Origin: Vitrella brassicaformis CCMP3155
Taxonomy: Eukaryota > Protista > Chromerida
Length of the DNA: 64,000 nucleotides
Direction of reading: 5' to 3'
NCBI GenBank assembly: GCA_001179505.1
Contig: CDMY01000113.1
Location: forward strand, 62,001 to 126,000
Position 1 is the first letter of the stretch; the number at the start of each line of letters is the position of its first letter. Below, in pieces: positions 50,554-63,500 of the stretch. Both the position numbers and the translations under genes were made by a program. The notes below the pieces were generated by a model, which did not search any database, was not told where the DNA came from, and was given only the letters and a program-made list of their open reading frames with translations.

Positions 50554-52515
50554 ATGAGTAGCGGCGAGCAGCCTGTGGAGGGGACCAATCAGCCGACCAC
50601 CACGGCTGAGGCGCCGGAGCAGCAGCAGGAGGCCACCGACCAGCCAACCAATGGCATGGTCAAGCAAGACGCGGCATCCGACGAGCCACCGCCGCAGGGG
50701 ATGGAGGAGCAAGCCATGACGCATCCCGCCCCCTCTGAGGCGCCTGCAGCGTCCGATGCGCCTGCAGCTGACGCAGCGGCGGCTCAGGCGGCGCCGAGCT
50801 ACCAGGAGACTGGCGTGTCGTATCAGCCATCGGCGTATGTGGGTGGCGAGGGCGCCGCGGCAGCGGCCGAGCGACATGACCCGCAGTACTACGCATCGGG
50901 TGCTGTGGGGGGGCGTCTGCCGGCTGCACTCAACGACCAGGGTGAGCCGGACGGACAGGAGGGACATGGGTATGCACCATGTCATGTGTGCAAGTGACGA
51001 GTGTGGCATGGTGTGTGGGTGTGCGCAGAGAGGAATCCGAACAAGGTGTTTGTTGGAGGGTTGGGGACGTGCACGACGTCAGAGACCATCAGAGCGCACT
51101 TCTCAAAGGTGAGGAGGGGAGAAAGGAGGGAGGGACGTCGGGCGTTCGTTGGACCATGTGTTCCTCATGTGTGTCCCTCCTGTGTGTGCATGTGTCTGTG
51201 TGTGTGGTGTGACATCAGTTTGGCGAGATCATAGATGCCGCGGTGGTGTGCGAGAAGCACTCAGGTCGCTCTCGCGGGTTCGCCTTCGTTCTGTTCCGGG
51301 ACGCACACTCCGTAGAAGCCTGCATTAGGTGAGGCACGAACACATAGATATGCACCGCTCCCACCACCCACGTGCATCACGCCGCTGTGGCGTGTTGTGG
51401 TTGGTGTTGTCCCTTCAGGGAGAAGCACAAGATCGACGGCGTGGCGGTACGCCACACCCACACCCAGCACAACACAAAGAACACAGACAGCACGATCGCT
51501 GCATCCACTCATGTGTCGTGGCTTGTGTCATCTCGTCCTTGTGTCAGTGTGACGTGCGTCATGCCGTGCCTCGCGAGGAGGCGCGCGAGACCCCTGCATA
51601 CGACACCATACAGCACCCGGCCAAAATATTCGTCGGCGGACTGCCAGAGGAACTAGACGAGAGTAAGCTGAGCGGGCACTGCCGGCGCATCGACCCACCT
51701 GCTCACTCACCCCTCACATGCGTTTATTGTATGTGTGTGGTGTTCAGCTGAGTTTCGTGCGGTGTTTGAGCGCATTGGGCGCGTCAAGGAGGCCACACTC
51801 ATGTACGACAAGTTCTCACACAAGCCCAGAGGTCAGCCACCGGAACAGATCGAACCTCACAATGAATGCAACCCACCATCTGTCACGACGTCACCCTGGT
51901 GTCTCTCTGTGTGTCTGTCTGTCTGTTGCTTGTGCAGGTTTTGGATTCGTGATATTTGAAGAGCACCATGTGGCTGAGCGGGCCATCGGCATGCACAACA
52001 TCAAGGGCCGAGAGGTGCGATCGCACTCTCATCACACGCACGACATCCATCCAGGCTCTCATCCTATTCACTGATGTCTGTGTGTCTGTCTGTGTGTGTG
52101 TATGCGGATAGTGCGAGGCGAAGCGTGCCCAGCCTCGCGACCAGAACGACCCCCGACGGATGGGCCGTGGCGGCTACGGCTATGGCGGCAGGGGAGGGGG
52201 CGGCAGGGGGTACGACTCATTCGGTGAGCGGCCCGGCCCACCAGCCGAAGAACACACTGACGGGTGGATATATGGATGTGTGCCTGTGTGTTGCTGTCAG
52301 GTTCACCTCCGTATTCACGTGGTGGCGGTAGGGGATTTGGCCGCGGATATGACGCATACGGTGCGCCAACCACACACACATACACACACACACATGCGTG
52401 GATGCATCCACACATGCCATCCACGCATCTCCCCTGACCCACCCACACCCCTCCTTATGCACTAGCACAGGAAGGCCCTCAGACGAGCGATCTTCATGGT
52501 ATGGTTGTCCGTTGC

Positions 52516-52546
<31 letters not shown>

Positions 52547-53253
52547 GTCTGGCCGTCTCGCCTGGCTGCTCGTCTCGTCTGTCCGTCTGCCATGCCATGC
52601 CATGCCATGCCCCCCTCACGCATCGCATGCCATCCCATGCCATTATGCATTGTGCACACACCATGCGTGATGCATGAAGGTGGTGGGTACGGCCTGTCAC
52701 CCTCAAATGGAGCTTATCCCTCTTCCAGTGCAGGACACGCCGGAGCAGGAGGAATGGTGGCTGGACTGGGAACTGCTATTGGAGTCACTGGGGCTGCAGC
52801 AGCCGGACCTGCCGCACACCCACACCCATGGGCAGCACACCAGCAGCCAACCGTCATCGGAGGAGCAGCCGGACAACACGGAGCACCAGCAGCAGCCGCA
52901 GCACCAGGGGGAGTCTTCCCAGCCCCCGGCGCCCAGCCCACTGCACCAGGCATGTACTACGGGGCGTGGGGATACCAAGACCCGAACGCAGCCGCATTCT
53001 ACGGATACGGTGCGCAACTCACACGCACACACGCAGAGAACACACGGCATTCACTTCATGATCACACATGTTCGTGTGTTGTGGCGTATCATGATCAGGT
53101 GGGTACCCCGGTGCCGCAGCAGGAGCGTACGGCGCCCCCCAGCCGGGCGTCACCCTGCCCAACCCCTACGACCAAACTTCATACGCATACGGCGCGGCAG
53201 CCGGCGGGCCGCAAAGGGACCCTCGCACACAACACAGGACCACGCCATACTAG
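50554..53253 (+). CDS. Two-RRM Musashi/hnRNP A1/DAZAP1-like RNA-binding protein with RGG and G/Y/A-rich tail
   Basis: RNP2 KVFVGGL and KIFVGGL; RNP1 RGFAFVLF and RGFGFVIF; KHKIDG..CDVRHAVPR; CEAKRAQPR. The spliced C-terminus ends QHRTTPY* (PY-NLS-like). Confidence 0.92.
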
Positions 53254-54304
53254 CGGGGGAGGAGGCGGCACCAAGGCATCGGGGGCCGCCGGCAGCCGAC
53301 GGGCAGCGGCGGGCCCGTTTGTCAGTACCAGTACCAGCAGCGAGGAGGGTCCCTTGTGTGTGTATGATGGCACCAAGTACGAGAAGCAGTATCCGAGTTT
53401 GGGGGACGTAGTGGGGGCGGGGGGGAAGAAGGGCAAGTGGGGTCGGCGGCTGGCTGTGGGGAGTGACGATCGAGGCGCAGATGACGACAACGAGGAGGAG
53501 GACGGCAGCAGCAAGACCAAGAAGGGCAACACGAAAGAGGACAAGGACCTGGCGGCATCTCTTTTCCGCTTCTCGCCCGTCAAGAAGTCCACCAAGCTGT
53601 CAGCCAAGGCCCCGCCGGTCCCCATCGCAACATCACTCGCGCAGCAACCGAGCAGCTCGTCTTCCCATCCGTCGTCCTTCCCCTCCTTCCCTTCCATGTC
53701 GCCCCCCTCGCCAGCTCCCCCTCCCCTCCCTCCCCGTCCGTCGTGCGCGCCGCCCCGGCTCTGTCTCGCCCAGATCCATGCGCTGCAGCCGCCCGTCTTC
53801 GCGCCACCCATATACCCGCCACCCTCTTTCTCCTTCTGGCTGGATCAAGAGGAGCGGCTCGACCTCAAGCAGCACCCATTCCCACTCGAGCTGCCCCCCA
53901 AGCTCGACAGCCCGACGAGCGAGTCGCAGCCCTCGTCAATGCCTTCCTCATCGCCCGTGCCGACAGCTGTAGTGACGGCCGACTGCTCACCGTCATTCTC
54001 GCCAGTGGAGACCAAGCACCATGAGGCAGCTGCTGCCGCCGCCGAGGACGAGACGCCCAAGGCAGAGACCAGCGAGCCGCCCAAGCGTATCCGCAAGGGC
54101 CGCGGGCTGTTCGTCTACGGCAATGGGGGCGGTGGTGGCGGGGGGGGATCTGTGACGTCACACGCAACCGACGAGGCGTCCCCCTCCGCTCGTCTGCACA
54201 TGGACGAGTGCCCACGGAGGCGCAGGGAGGGCGTGTGTAGGGTGCAACCATACATACCTCCTGCGGCGCGCAAGAGGGGGGCGAGTCGTGGCGTGGGATT
54301 GTAG
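53254..54304 (+). other. Coding-like open frame downstream of the RRM stop (alternative C-terminus or separate exon)
   Basis: About 350 stop-free codons with strong GC3 bias (e.g. DDNEEEDGSSKTKKGNTKEDKDLAASLF). The frame is continuous with the RRM tail exon if the 89-nt intron 53010-53098 is retained. Confidence 0.5.
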
Positions 54305-54641
54305 AGGGATGGTCAGACAGATATGGCTGGGTGAGTGGACGGGTGGGGTGGTTGGTTGCTCGGATCTGCTGATTGTGCTAGGTAGGTGCCAGATTGTAGG
54401 CTGCTGCTGCTGCTGCTGTGCTGGTCGTGCGGTGGGCGCGTGATGGCCTGGCCGATCGAACTTGCATTTGTGACGATTGCTGTGATCCACACATTCACAC
54501 ATGCATAATACATGGCCTGCAGACTGCAATGCTCCGTCATTCAAAGATCCGCTCTCGTCCCATTGGAAAAGGCGATCACTTCACAGCTCGCCATCTTGCC
54601 CCCAGTCTGAGACTCGAGAGAAAGGCGGTCTTCCCGCAGCG

Positions 54642-56227
54642 ATGTCGGCCTTCGGCGTCACTGCGCTGGGACGTAAGGCGAACGAACCCAACGATGTATC
54701 ACTACGCAGGCAGCTGCGCATCCGTGTTGGCTTGATGCTGGCCCACCTCTCTCCTCTGTGGGTGTTTGTGCAGCGCCGAATCCCTTTTCGGTGACGTTGT
54801 TGTCGACGCTGGGCGTCAAGTACTGGGAGGATGACGAGTTCTTGACGAAATTCCACCTGTTTGACCGGTAGGTACACAGCCCACACTCGGTTGCCGGGAC
54901 CTCCTCTCTACGATGGGGCAGTATTAGGGCTTTGTTTGCAAAGACGGCGTACATACATACATCCAGCCAGCCATCCCGTCCGTTGTGTGTGTGTGTGTGT
55001 GTGTGTGTGTGTCATGCAGGGACGGGAGCGGCTTCATCGAGCGCCGTGAGGTGGTGTCGATGCTGCGTGAGACGTACGGGTTTGACCCCATGGCTGAGGA
55101 AGTTGACCTATTCATGCAGTTCATGGACATCAACCAAGACGGAAAGGTGCCTAAAGGCCTAAAGCTGTGCACCATGAACACATACATGCGTGAGGGCCAT
55201 TCCATTCATGCATCGAACCCTTATTCGAATCTGTCTGTCTTTGTGTCAAGATATCGTGGGACGAGTTCCGAGAGGGGCTGCACAGGATGAGAGGTATCAC
55301 ACCACACCCGACCAGACAGGCAGATAGCACACACACACACACACACACACACACAGGGGGGTCTCCTAGCCTCTCGTCTGCCGTGTGCATGCCATCGCAA
55401 ATCCCCCTGGCCTGAACAATCATCGCACTGCTCCTCTGGCCTTCATGTGTGTGTGTGCCGTCTGCCTGTCTGTCTGTCTGTCTGTCTCGCGTCTCGTTTC
55501 CTCTCGCCCACGTCAGCCATACTGCAGACAGAAGAGTCAGGGACAAGAGAGTATCAGTCATCGCAAGACCTGAGAGACCAGACACGCAAAAACACGTGAG
55601 ATCATCCCCCTCTCTGTGTGTGGTGTGTGTTGTGGGGGTGCGGCCATCAATCCATCCATGTGGGCCCCGTCTAGCGTATCTGGACGGCTGGGAGTGCAGT
55701 GAGGTGCGCCAATATCAGTCCTACGACTTCCTCAGGGAGGAGAGGAGGCGCCACAGGTGCACTGCTTACCCGGCCTCCCAAAATGCCTGCACCAGACTGA
55801 CCAGCTGGGGGGATGGATGAGTGCATGGATGTTTTGTGCTCTATCTGCGTGTGTCGATTGGCCGCCAAGGTGTGCTTGATGGCATACATACATGCATGTG
55901 TCTGTCTGTGTTGATCAGGCGTCGCAAGAAAAGTCCCATAGATGTGTTCAAAGTGCCCCTCACGGCTGCACAGGTATGTGTGTGCGGATATATGGTGTGA
56001 ACGGGCTAAGTACCTGCCAGTCAGTGTGTGCTGTCTGCCGTGTGCAGCAAGTGGGTTGGCACGAGGAGGTGGTCATCAACAAGCGGTACCCCAAAAAGAG
56101 CTGCGAGGAAACACGATACCAGGTCAAACCACAGACGCGGTTTTTCCTTGGTAGCAGCACCTGGGTGTCCAACTACGTGCTGCATGTGTTCGTGTAGGAT
56201 GCTGTCGTGAAGGCTCGCTGGTTCTGA
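54642..56227 (+). CDS. Two-EF-hand protein with a C-terminal motif resembling axonemal microtubule-inner proteins
   Basis: Spliced: MSAFGVTALGPPNPFS..FDRDGSGFIERREV..DINQDGKISWDEF..KVPLTAAQQVGWHEE..RYPKKSCEETRYQDAVVKARWF*; all introns GT-AG and phase-consistent. Confidence 0.8.
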
Positions 56228-56553
56228 TGCCGCCCGCCATTTGCCCCAGCCAGCCTAGAATAGCACTAGACCGGCTCTCTGTCCGTGCTGTGAGTGGTGG
56301 AAGGATGGCTGTGTGTGTTGGGTATAGTGAGCAATGGACCGACCAGCGATTTGCCAGATGCATGAATCAGGGTCAAACAGGTGGCTGGCAGTCTGCCCCT
56401 CTTGAACAGAAAAAGCTTGCCAACAGCAGATCGACTGCCGTCCACGTGCGTCTCTCTCTCTCTCTCTCTCTCTCTCATGTCACGCATCTCTCTCTGCGTC
56501 TTCGCTTCATTCACAAACTGCATCGCAGCCACCCTGGCATGACACCACACCCG

Positions 56554-58036
56554 CTAGGCTGCCTTTTCTACAGTGCTATCGCCTCCCGGCGGCATCCATA
56601 TGGGCTCGTCCCAGTCGTTGCGGCCAAATGGGTCGTCGGGGTAGATGCCTTGCAGGTGGGGCGGCAGCTCTGATGCCGCCCAGGGCGGGATCTCGTAGCC
56701 CATCCCGTCTGCAGAGCGGCAGTTGGCGGCGAAGTGACGGTCGGGGGTGTCGCGGTACTTGAAATTCTCATACTCCTCACTCACCGTCAGCCTGCATACG
56801 CCACCCATCCACCCAATCCACACATGGCCGCATGTACATATGTATGCCGCTTCACATCTCTCTCTGGATCGTTGTCTGTGGTCTGTCTGTTCCTCACCAT
56901 GGCCCGACTGGGTCAGGTCCGCACCCGAGGCCCCTCTTCTTGATCCAGTCCTCGTAGTCCCACGCCCCGTCGTCCCAGTTCCACGACTCATCGGCGATGC
57001 CAACACCCACATACACATTGCCCGCAGGGCCCAGCACCAGATCCTCTGGCCCGGCTCCCTCTTCCTCAGCCTCGCGGTAGCTCATCAGCCTGACACCAAC
57101 ACCCAAGCACACGCACGTCCATGCGCGCGGCGGTCAGTCGCCCCTTGGCCTTTCTACCGCCTGACCCTCACCTCACCTGGCGAAGTTGTGTGAGTACTTG
57201 ATGTACTCTTTGGAGTGTCTCATGAAGGGCCCCGCCACAACCTGCCCGTGCTCGGAGACCATCCACATGCGCAGAGGATATGGCAGGTGCCAGCCGGGCG
57301 GCGACACGAGGTGCAGGGCGGCGTAGCCAGGCAGCGAGTGGGGCAGGCCCTCCGGCCAGAACCACAGCTGCAGCGGCTCGATGCCCCCCATATTGAAGGC
57401 AATCGACTTGAGGGGCTGACCGGTCCGACGCGGCCGTTTTTTCCGCTCCCAAGGCACCCTGATGCAACCACAGAAACATCCGCGAGACGCATTCACAGGG
57501 CGAGGCGCTGTGTGTGTGTGTGTGTGTGTTGTGTCTGTGAGTGTGTAGGACCGACCAGTTGATTTTCCATCCGAAGTTCATGCCAACAGGTTGTGTGGCT
57601 GGGTGGTGGTTGGCGGACCCGATGAACTGGATGTCAAAGTAGTTGTCATCGTTGTAGCTGTGCTGCAGGAACTGGGTCTCAATCGGAGTCCTGACGATGC
57701 ATCATGCAGCCATCCATGGGCGACTTTGGTGTCTTGTGTCCCTGCCTGCGTGCTCCTGCCTTCTCACCTCTTGTATATGTTTTGGTCGTAGTAGTGGGGG
57801 TACTGCCTCTCCCAATCGACGTCATGAACCAGCTCCTGCACCACACAACCACACAACCACACAACCACACAGCCACACACACACACACAGAGTCGCACAC
57901 ATGCTTCACACCGCTTCCCTCTGTCTGTCCGTGGCTTACGCTCCAGGCGTCGTTGCGGTAGGTCCAGTTGCCGCGAGGGATGTCGTTCTCCTTATCATCG
58001 ATCTTCCATCGCTTCATCTGACGGATACCTATCAAG

Positions 58037-58067
<31 letters not shown>

Positions 58068-58431
58068 TTCGCAGACCAAAGACAGCTGATGTCGTGCTGT
58101 GGTTACCTCTGTCATTGCGTCGGTGCCACTCCCGCCTCCTGCCCGTCCTCATGGCAGGGTTGGTGGGATTGAGCGTCGACGGCTCTCGGCGCTTGCGGTC
58201 GAGGTGCCGCAGCTCATTGCCATGTGCCGACATAGACAAGCCGGCCTTGCTCCTCCTCAATGCTGACAAGCCGCGTCGTCCACCACGCTGCCGCAGTGAT
58301 GATGAGATGGATAAAGGGTGATGGAACGCCGCCTGATCAATGGGTTGCAGCCTTCTCAAAAGCAGCGAGGCATCTGTGAGGGGCAGAATGGCGACGAGAA
58401 GGCCTTGCAGAATGGCACGGACATCCATCAT
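56554..58431 (-). CDS. Signal+transit-peptide protein (probably plastid-targeted) with a MATH/TRAF-like domain
   Basis: MMDVRAILQGLLVAILPLTDASLLL followed by an R/S-rich segment; GQPLKSIAFNMGGIEPLQLWFWPEG..GYAALHLVSPPGW..GPF..HNF resembles MATH-like domains; 7 phase-consistent exons. Confidence 0.7.
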
Positions 58432-58909
58432 CGCCTGACAGATGAGGCCATCGCTGGAGGACGGGATCAGCGCCTGACGAGGGCCTCTGACGCAGATCTG
58501 GCAACTATGATCATGAGGAGATGAGTCAGATGACTACGCGCGTTCGGTCTTTTGCGCGAGCTCGGCCACCGCTCTGCAGCTGAACTTGCACAAGAAGGAG
58601 GCGCGGTTTTCTCGAGATCCCGTGGGTTGAACCTCGCTACACGTGAGCTTGGTGTGCTTCTTTTAGAAGAAGACAGTTTCGTGTTGGTCCAATCTTCCCG
58701 TGCGGAGATGATGCTCACGGCCTTCGATGCTCCTGCTCCTCCGCATCTGGACATCAGCATTACTTCCCTTCTCTGAGCCCACATCCCCTTTGCTCTCTTT
58801 CCTCTCAGCCGACCCGTTTGTTCGAAGCCGATTGCAGATTCATCGACACCGCCCTTGTGCCCGGCCCCTGTGCGTGACAAGCAGCAGTAGCAACAGCAGC
58901 CCAGCCGTC

Positions 58910-60502
58910 ATGCCGAGTGGGAGCTTGCCGTACGGCCTGCAGAGTGAGGATGTGACGTATCTGAGGGGCCTGCTGGAGCGGAATGGCGGGGCCATGTCGC
59001 GCACTCAGCTCGTCAGGGAGCTCAAGAGCACGCCACAAGGACTTAGTGAGCGAGGGAGGAATCGGTGGAGAGGGAAATGCAATGGAAGTGCGTGTGTTCG
59101 TCGGTGTGTCTGGTGCAGCGCTGTATCAGCGGATGAAGCCACTCACGCATTTCTTCCGTGCGTATGCGTCTGACTTCGTCCACGTCAAGTACAAGAACAC
59201 CTGGGCAGTCGCCATCAACGAGATGGTGAGATTCGTCGCACCTAGACCAGGGCAGATCAGCCGCGTATCGTGCCTGACAGGGTCTTGACGCGACCGGCGG
59301 CGCTGCCTCTGAGGAGTCCCTGGAGTTCCAGTCGTGGTTCAACCATCCTGCACTCGAACAAAGGTCAGCCACCACCACCCATAGAGACCTCGACTGATTG
59401 GTGTATATGTGCCTTTGTCCGTGAGTGTGTGTACAGTCTATCTCGCGCGTTAAACGAGAGCAAGGAACCGTTGGGTCGCCTGGAGTCGCAGCTTGGGCCG
59501 CTGCCCCCCCTCATGCAGGCGGCGCAGCAGAGGCTCCTCGAGGGCGGCACACAGGACCTCAGGTGACACCAATGCTACTGATGGACAGACAGACAGACGG
59601 ACGGACGGACGGATGCATGTGTGTGTGTGTCTGGTTTGTCTTGCCTTCATGCAGCACGCCCTACGTCAAGTTTCCTGGATCGATCAGTCCAGATGAGTTG
59701 GCGGCAGTGCGCGAGAAGATCCACCAAAACGCAATGCTGCCAGAGGTGAGAGAGTGAAACCATGGCTTCGCGCAGGCATCCCAGACGTCAGGTAGGTGCA
59801 TGTCATGTAGGTGCTGCGCTTCGCAGAGTGGCGTAAAGGTCTGCCGTGCACCGATTTTGCCAAGGAAACGGTGCAGGCAGTGCGTGAGCACAACGTGACG
59901 ATTGTGGTTGGCGACACGGGCTGCGGCAAGACCACACAGGTGCCGCAGCAGATTCTAGATGACGCCTACGACCGAGGCGAGTACGCCGCCGTCATCTGCA
60001 CGCAGCCTAGACGGTAGGTAGTTGGCTGACGCCACAACATCGACGCCACACGGTAGGTATTTGCGTCGATGTTGTGTTTGCGCGTGTGTTGTCCAGGATA
60101 GCGGCGACGAGTGTGGCAGAGCGTGTGTGCAGCGAGCGAGGGCTGCGTGTGGGCGAGGACGTGGTGGGGTATCAGATTCGGTTCGACTGCAAGGCCAACG
60201 AGAAGACGAGGCTGCTCTACTGCACCCAGGGGATACTACTCAGACGTCTCCTGCAGGTGGGTCGGTCATTCAGGAGAATTCGGCAGAGAGAGAAAATGTG
60301 TGTGCGCGGTGGGTGCATAGGCCCCGATGCTGACGGGCGTGACTCATGTGGTGGTGGATGAGGTGCACGAGCGGGAGGTCTACACCGACTTCTGCCTCAC
60401 CATACTCAGGTGTGCAGCGCCAGCAAATAGACACAGGCAGACATGCAGCACAGCTTTCCCCTCTCTGTGTGTGCAGGCGGATGTTGCTGACGACCCGCCC
60501 CG

Positions 60503-60536
<34 letters not shown>

Positions 60537-63500
60537 CCCCACCATCTTCGAGCAGTACTTCCTCGACCAGACACTTTCTCTCAAGACACTCTACATTCCG
60601 GGGAGAGTCTTCCCTGTCAAGGTCAGCAGCAAAAGGATATCATGCAGCACGGGCATTGCGTATTTGTTTGTCGTTTGGTGTGCGTGTGTGTGTGTGTGTA
60701 GGAGCATTACTATGAGGACATCCTGCTCGAGACGGGTTACAGACCTGAGAGCGCCGCCATGCAGCACTTCCACGGCGGGAGGGGCCGTGGCAGAGGGCGC
60801 GGTGGTGGACGGCAGTGGGGCAGCCGCAAGTTCAGGCAGCAGATGATGCAGGACAAACAGATACAGATACAAATGCAGAAAAACGACCACAAAGTACACC
60901 AGGTAAGGCACCCTGACAAAACACACACACCCGTGCCAGCGTGCCATCCCTCTCTCTCTGTGTGTCAGCTACGTGACCGCTATCCGCAGTACCCGGACGA
61001 CATTCTGCAGGCCATGCTGGCCTTCGACGCCACCAACGCCATCGCCAGTGGCCGCATCGACTTCCCCCTCATCGCACGAATCCTCGCCCTCATCGAGACC
61101 AACAAGTTCGACCCAGTCAAGCCCGATGGCACAGTGGACAAGGGTGCGGTGCTGGTGTTCCTCCCCGGCTGGGCGGAGATACAAAAGGCACAGGACACAA
61201 TCACTGACAACCCTGCGTGAGTCAAGGAGGGAGGAGGGAGGAGGGAGAGAGGTTCAGGCTCACCATTGCACGTGTGTTTGTGTGTGTGGGTGTGGACGTG
61301 TCAGGTTGAGTGGTCTTCAGGTGATGCCTCTGCATTCGATGGTGCCCCCCCAGCAGCAGCAGGAGGTCTTCAGGCGGCCTACAAACGGCCGCCGCAAAGT
61401 GGTCCTCGCCACAAACATCGCCGAGACATCCATCACCATTGAGGTACATACCAGTTCACCAACCCTCCCTCGGCCACCCGCCATTTCTGTCGTCTGTTTG
61501 TTGCGGTTAGGACGTTGTGTACGTCATTGACACGGGCGTCATCAAGTGCACCACGTACGACCCCGCCACCGGCTTCAGCACACTGGGCATCGTTGAAGAG
61601 GCGCGAGCCAACGCCAAGCAGCGGAAGGGCCGCGCCGGCAGATGCCGAGAGGGCGTCTACTTCGCACTTTACACCAAGTAAGCCGCCGCAGAGAATATCT
61701 GTGGATGCGTCACACACTTTGCTGTGTTGCGGCGTGGTGTCTGTCGTTTCAGAGACCACAAGGATCAGCGCATGTGTGAGGAATTGGAACCCGAGATGCG
61801 GCGTACATCGATGGAGGAGATCGTGCTGCAGGTCAAGATGCTGCAGCTGGTCCAGCCCACACAGCCATCCGCCGCATTCCTCAACGAATGCATCTCGCCG
61901 CCCACTGAAGACGTACGCAGTGCACAAAAGCATCTTATCCACCCATTCTCCTTTCAACACGCAAGTGTGTGCCCCGCCTTGCAGGTATTGTACAATGCCG
62001 TTCACCACCTCAAATCGCTCGGCGCCCTTGACACGTCGTGCCCAGAAACGGAGGAGACCCTCACCCCTCTGGGAGTCCTCTTGGGCACGGTGCCCCTGCA
62101 CCCGCAGTTGGGGCTGACCCTCACCATGGGGCTGCTGGCTGGGATCATGCCCACATGCACCGACCTGGCGGCCATCCTTGGGTGGACGACCCCCTTCACG
62201 ATGCCCCCACCCGGGCGGGAGGTGTTCGCCGACCAGGCACGGTGGAATCTGGCCGGGGGCGTCCTCAGTGATCACGTCGCCTATAAGTGAGTGCTGGTGG
62301 GAAGGAGGAGGATGTGGGCGCCTTCTCCATTTGTGTGTATTGGTTGATTTGTTGGTTGGTTGGCTGGCTGGTCGTTGCAGGCGTCTGTTGGAGAGTTGGA
62401 AGGAGTGGGGCAGCCAGAATGTGGGCTACTTCTGCAGAGAGTTCTTCGTCTCCTCGACAAACCTCAGGTGACCCCCGCCCCCACACACACTCCGTGACGC
62501 TCATCAGCACCAATCCATCTGCGTGCATCTGGCTGCTCAGAGGTGCCCGCTCCTTGTCGAACCAGCTGGACGACACTTTCCGCAGGATGGCTCCCTACCT
62601 CTGGTCCACATCAAGCAACCCCTCACAGCGATCATTCAGCAACCGCAACGAGCAGCCCAACCAACGAAACATCGACCCCAGACAGCGTGACTTGCCGATG
62701 CGGCTTCCCTCACCCAACGAGCTGCTGCTGTCGTCGGTGCTGTGCAAGGCCCTGTTCGTGAGTGCGTGTCGGACTCACGTGAGCAGCAAGAAGCGCTACA
62801 ACGTGGTGGGGCTGTACTCAGCCCAGCGGCAGAAGCTCGAGTGTCACCCGTCCAGCGTGTGTGGGGGCAAGAGGAGCCAGGAGATGCCCCACTGCTTCGT
62901 CACGGTGGGATTTGAGGTGCTCAAGTCGTCCAAGGCATTTCTCAGAGACGTGACGGTCGTCAGCCCCGCCCTGTACGGGCTCACCTCTGCTGGTGAGAGG
63001 CGCAGAGATGAGATGAACCCATGTTGGCATGGACTATGTGTGTCCATCTGTCTGTGGCCAGGTCTGACCAAGGAGAAGCCCGATCGCATCCGTCTGGACA
63101 TGGTGGGCATCCCCGTCCCCATCCGCGGGCAGCCGGCCTTCTTCACCCAACAGATCCGCCGCGCACTCGACCGGCTCATCAATTACTTCATCATGCTGCT
63201 CATCTCCCCACAGCTCATTAAGGGAGCCGTCCACGCGCCCATCCATGACGATACCCAGATGGCGTCATCAGCCCCACCAGTCGCACCCACTTGCCCTCTC
63301 GTCAAGGTCGGCTCCCTGACCGAGGCTGACCGCGCTCAGGCCAGCAAGACCATCGCCGATGCCTTTGATGCGATCGCCCGCCATGCCTTCATGGTGATGC
63401 ACCCGAAGGGCCGCAGACCAGATCGCGATCTGGTGGATGACGACGTGATGATGATGCCCGGCAAGGACGACAGGAACCAGCGGGGCAAGAGGGGCCGGCG

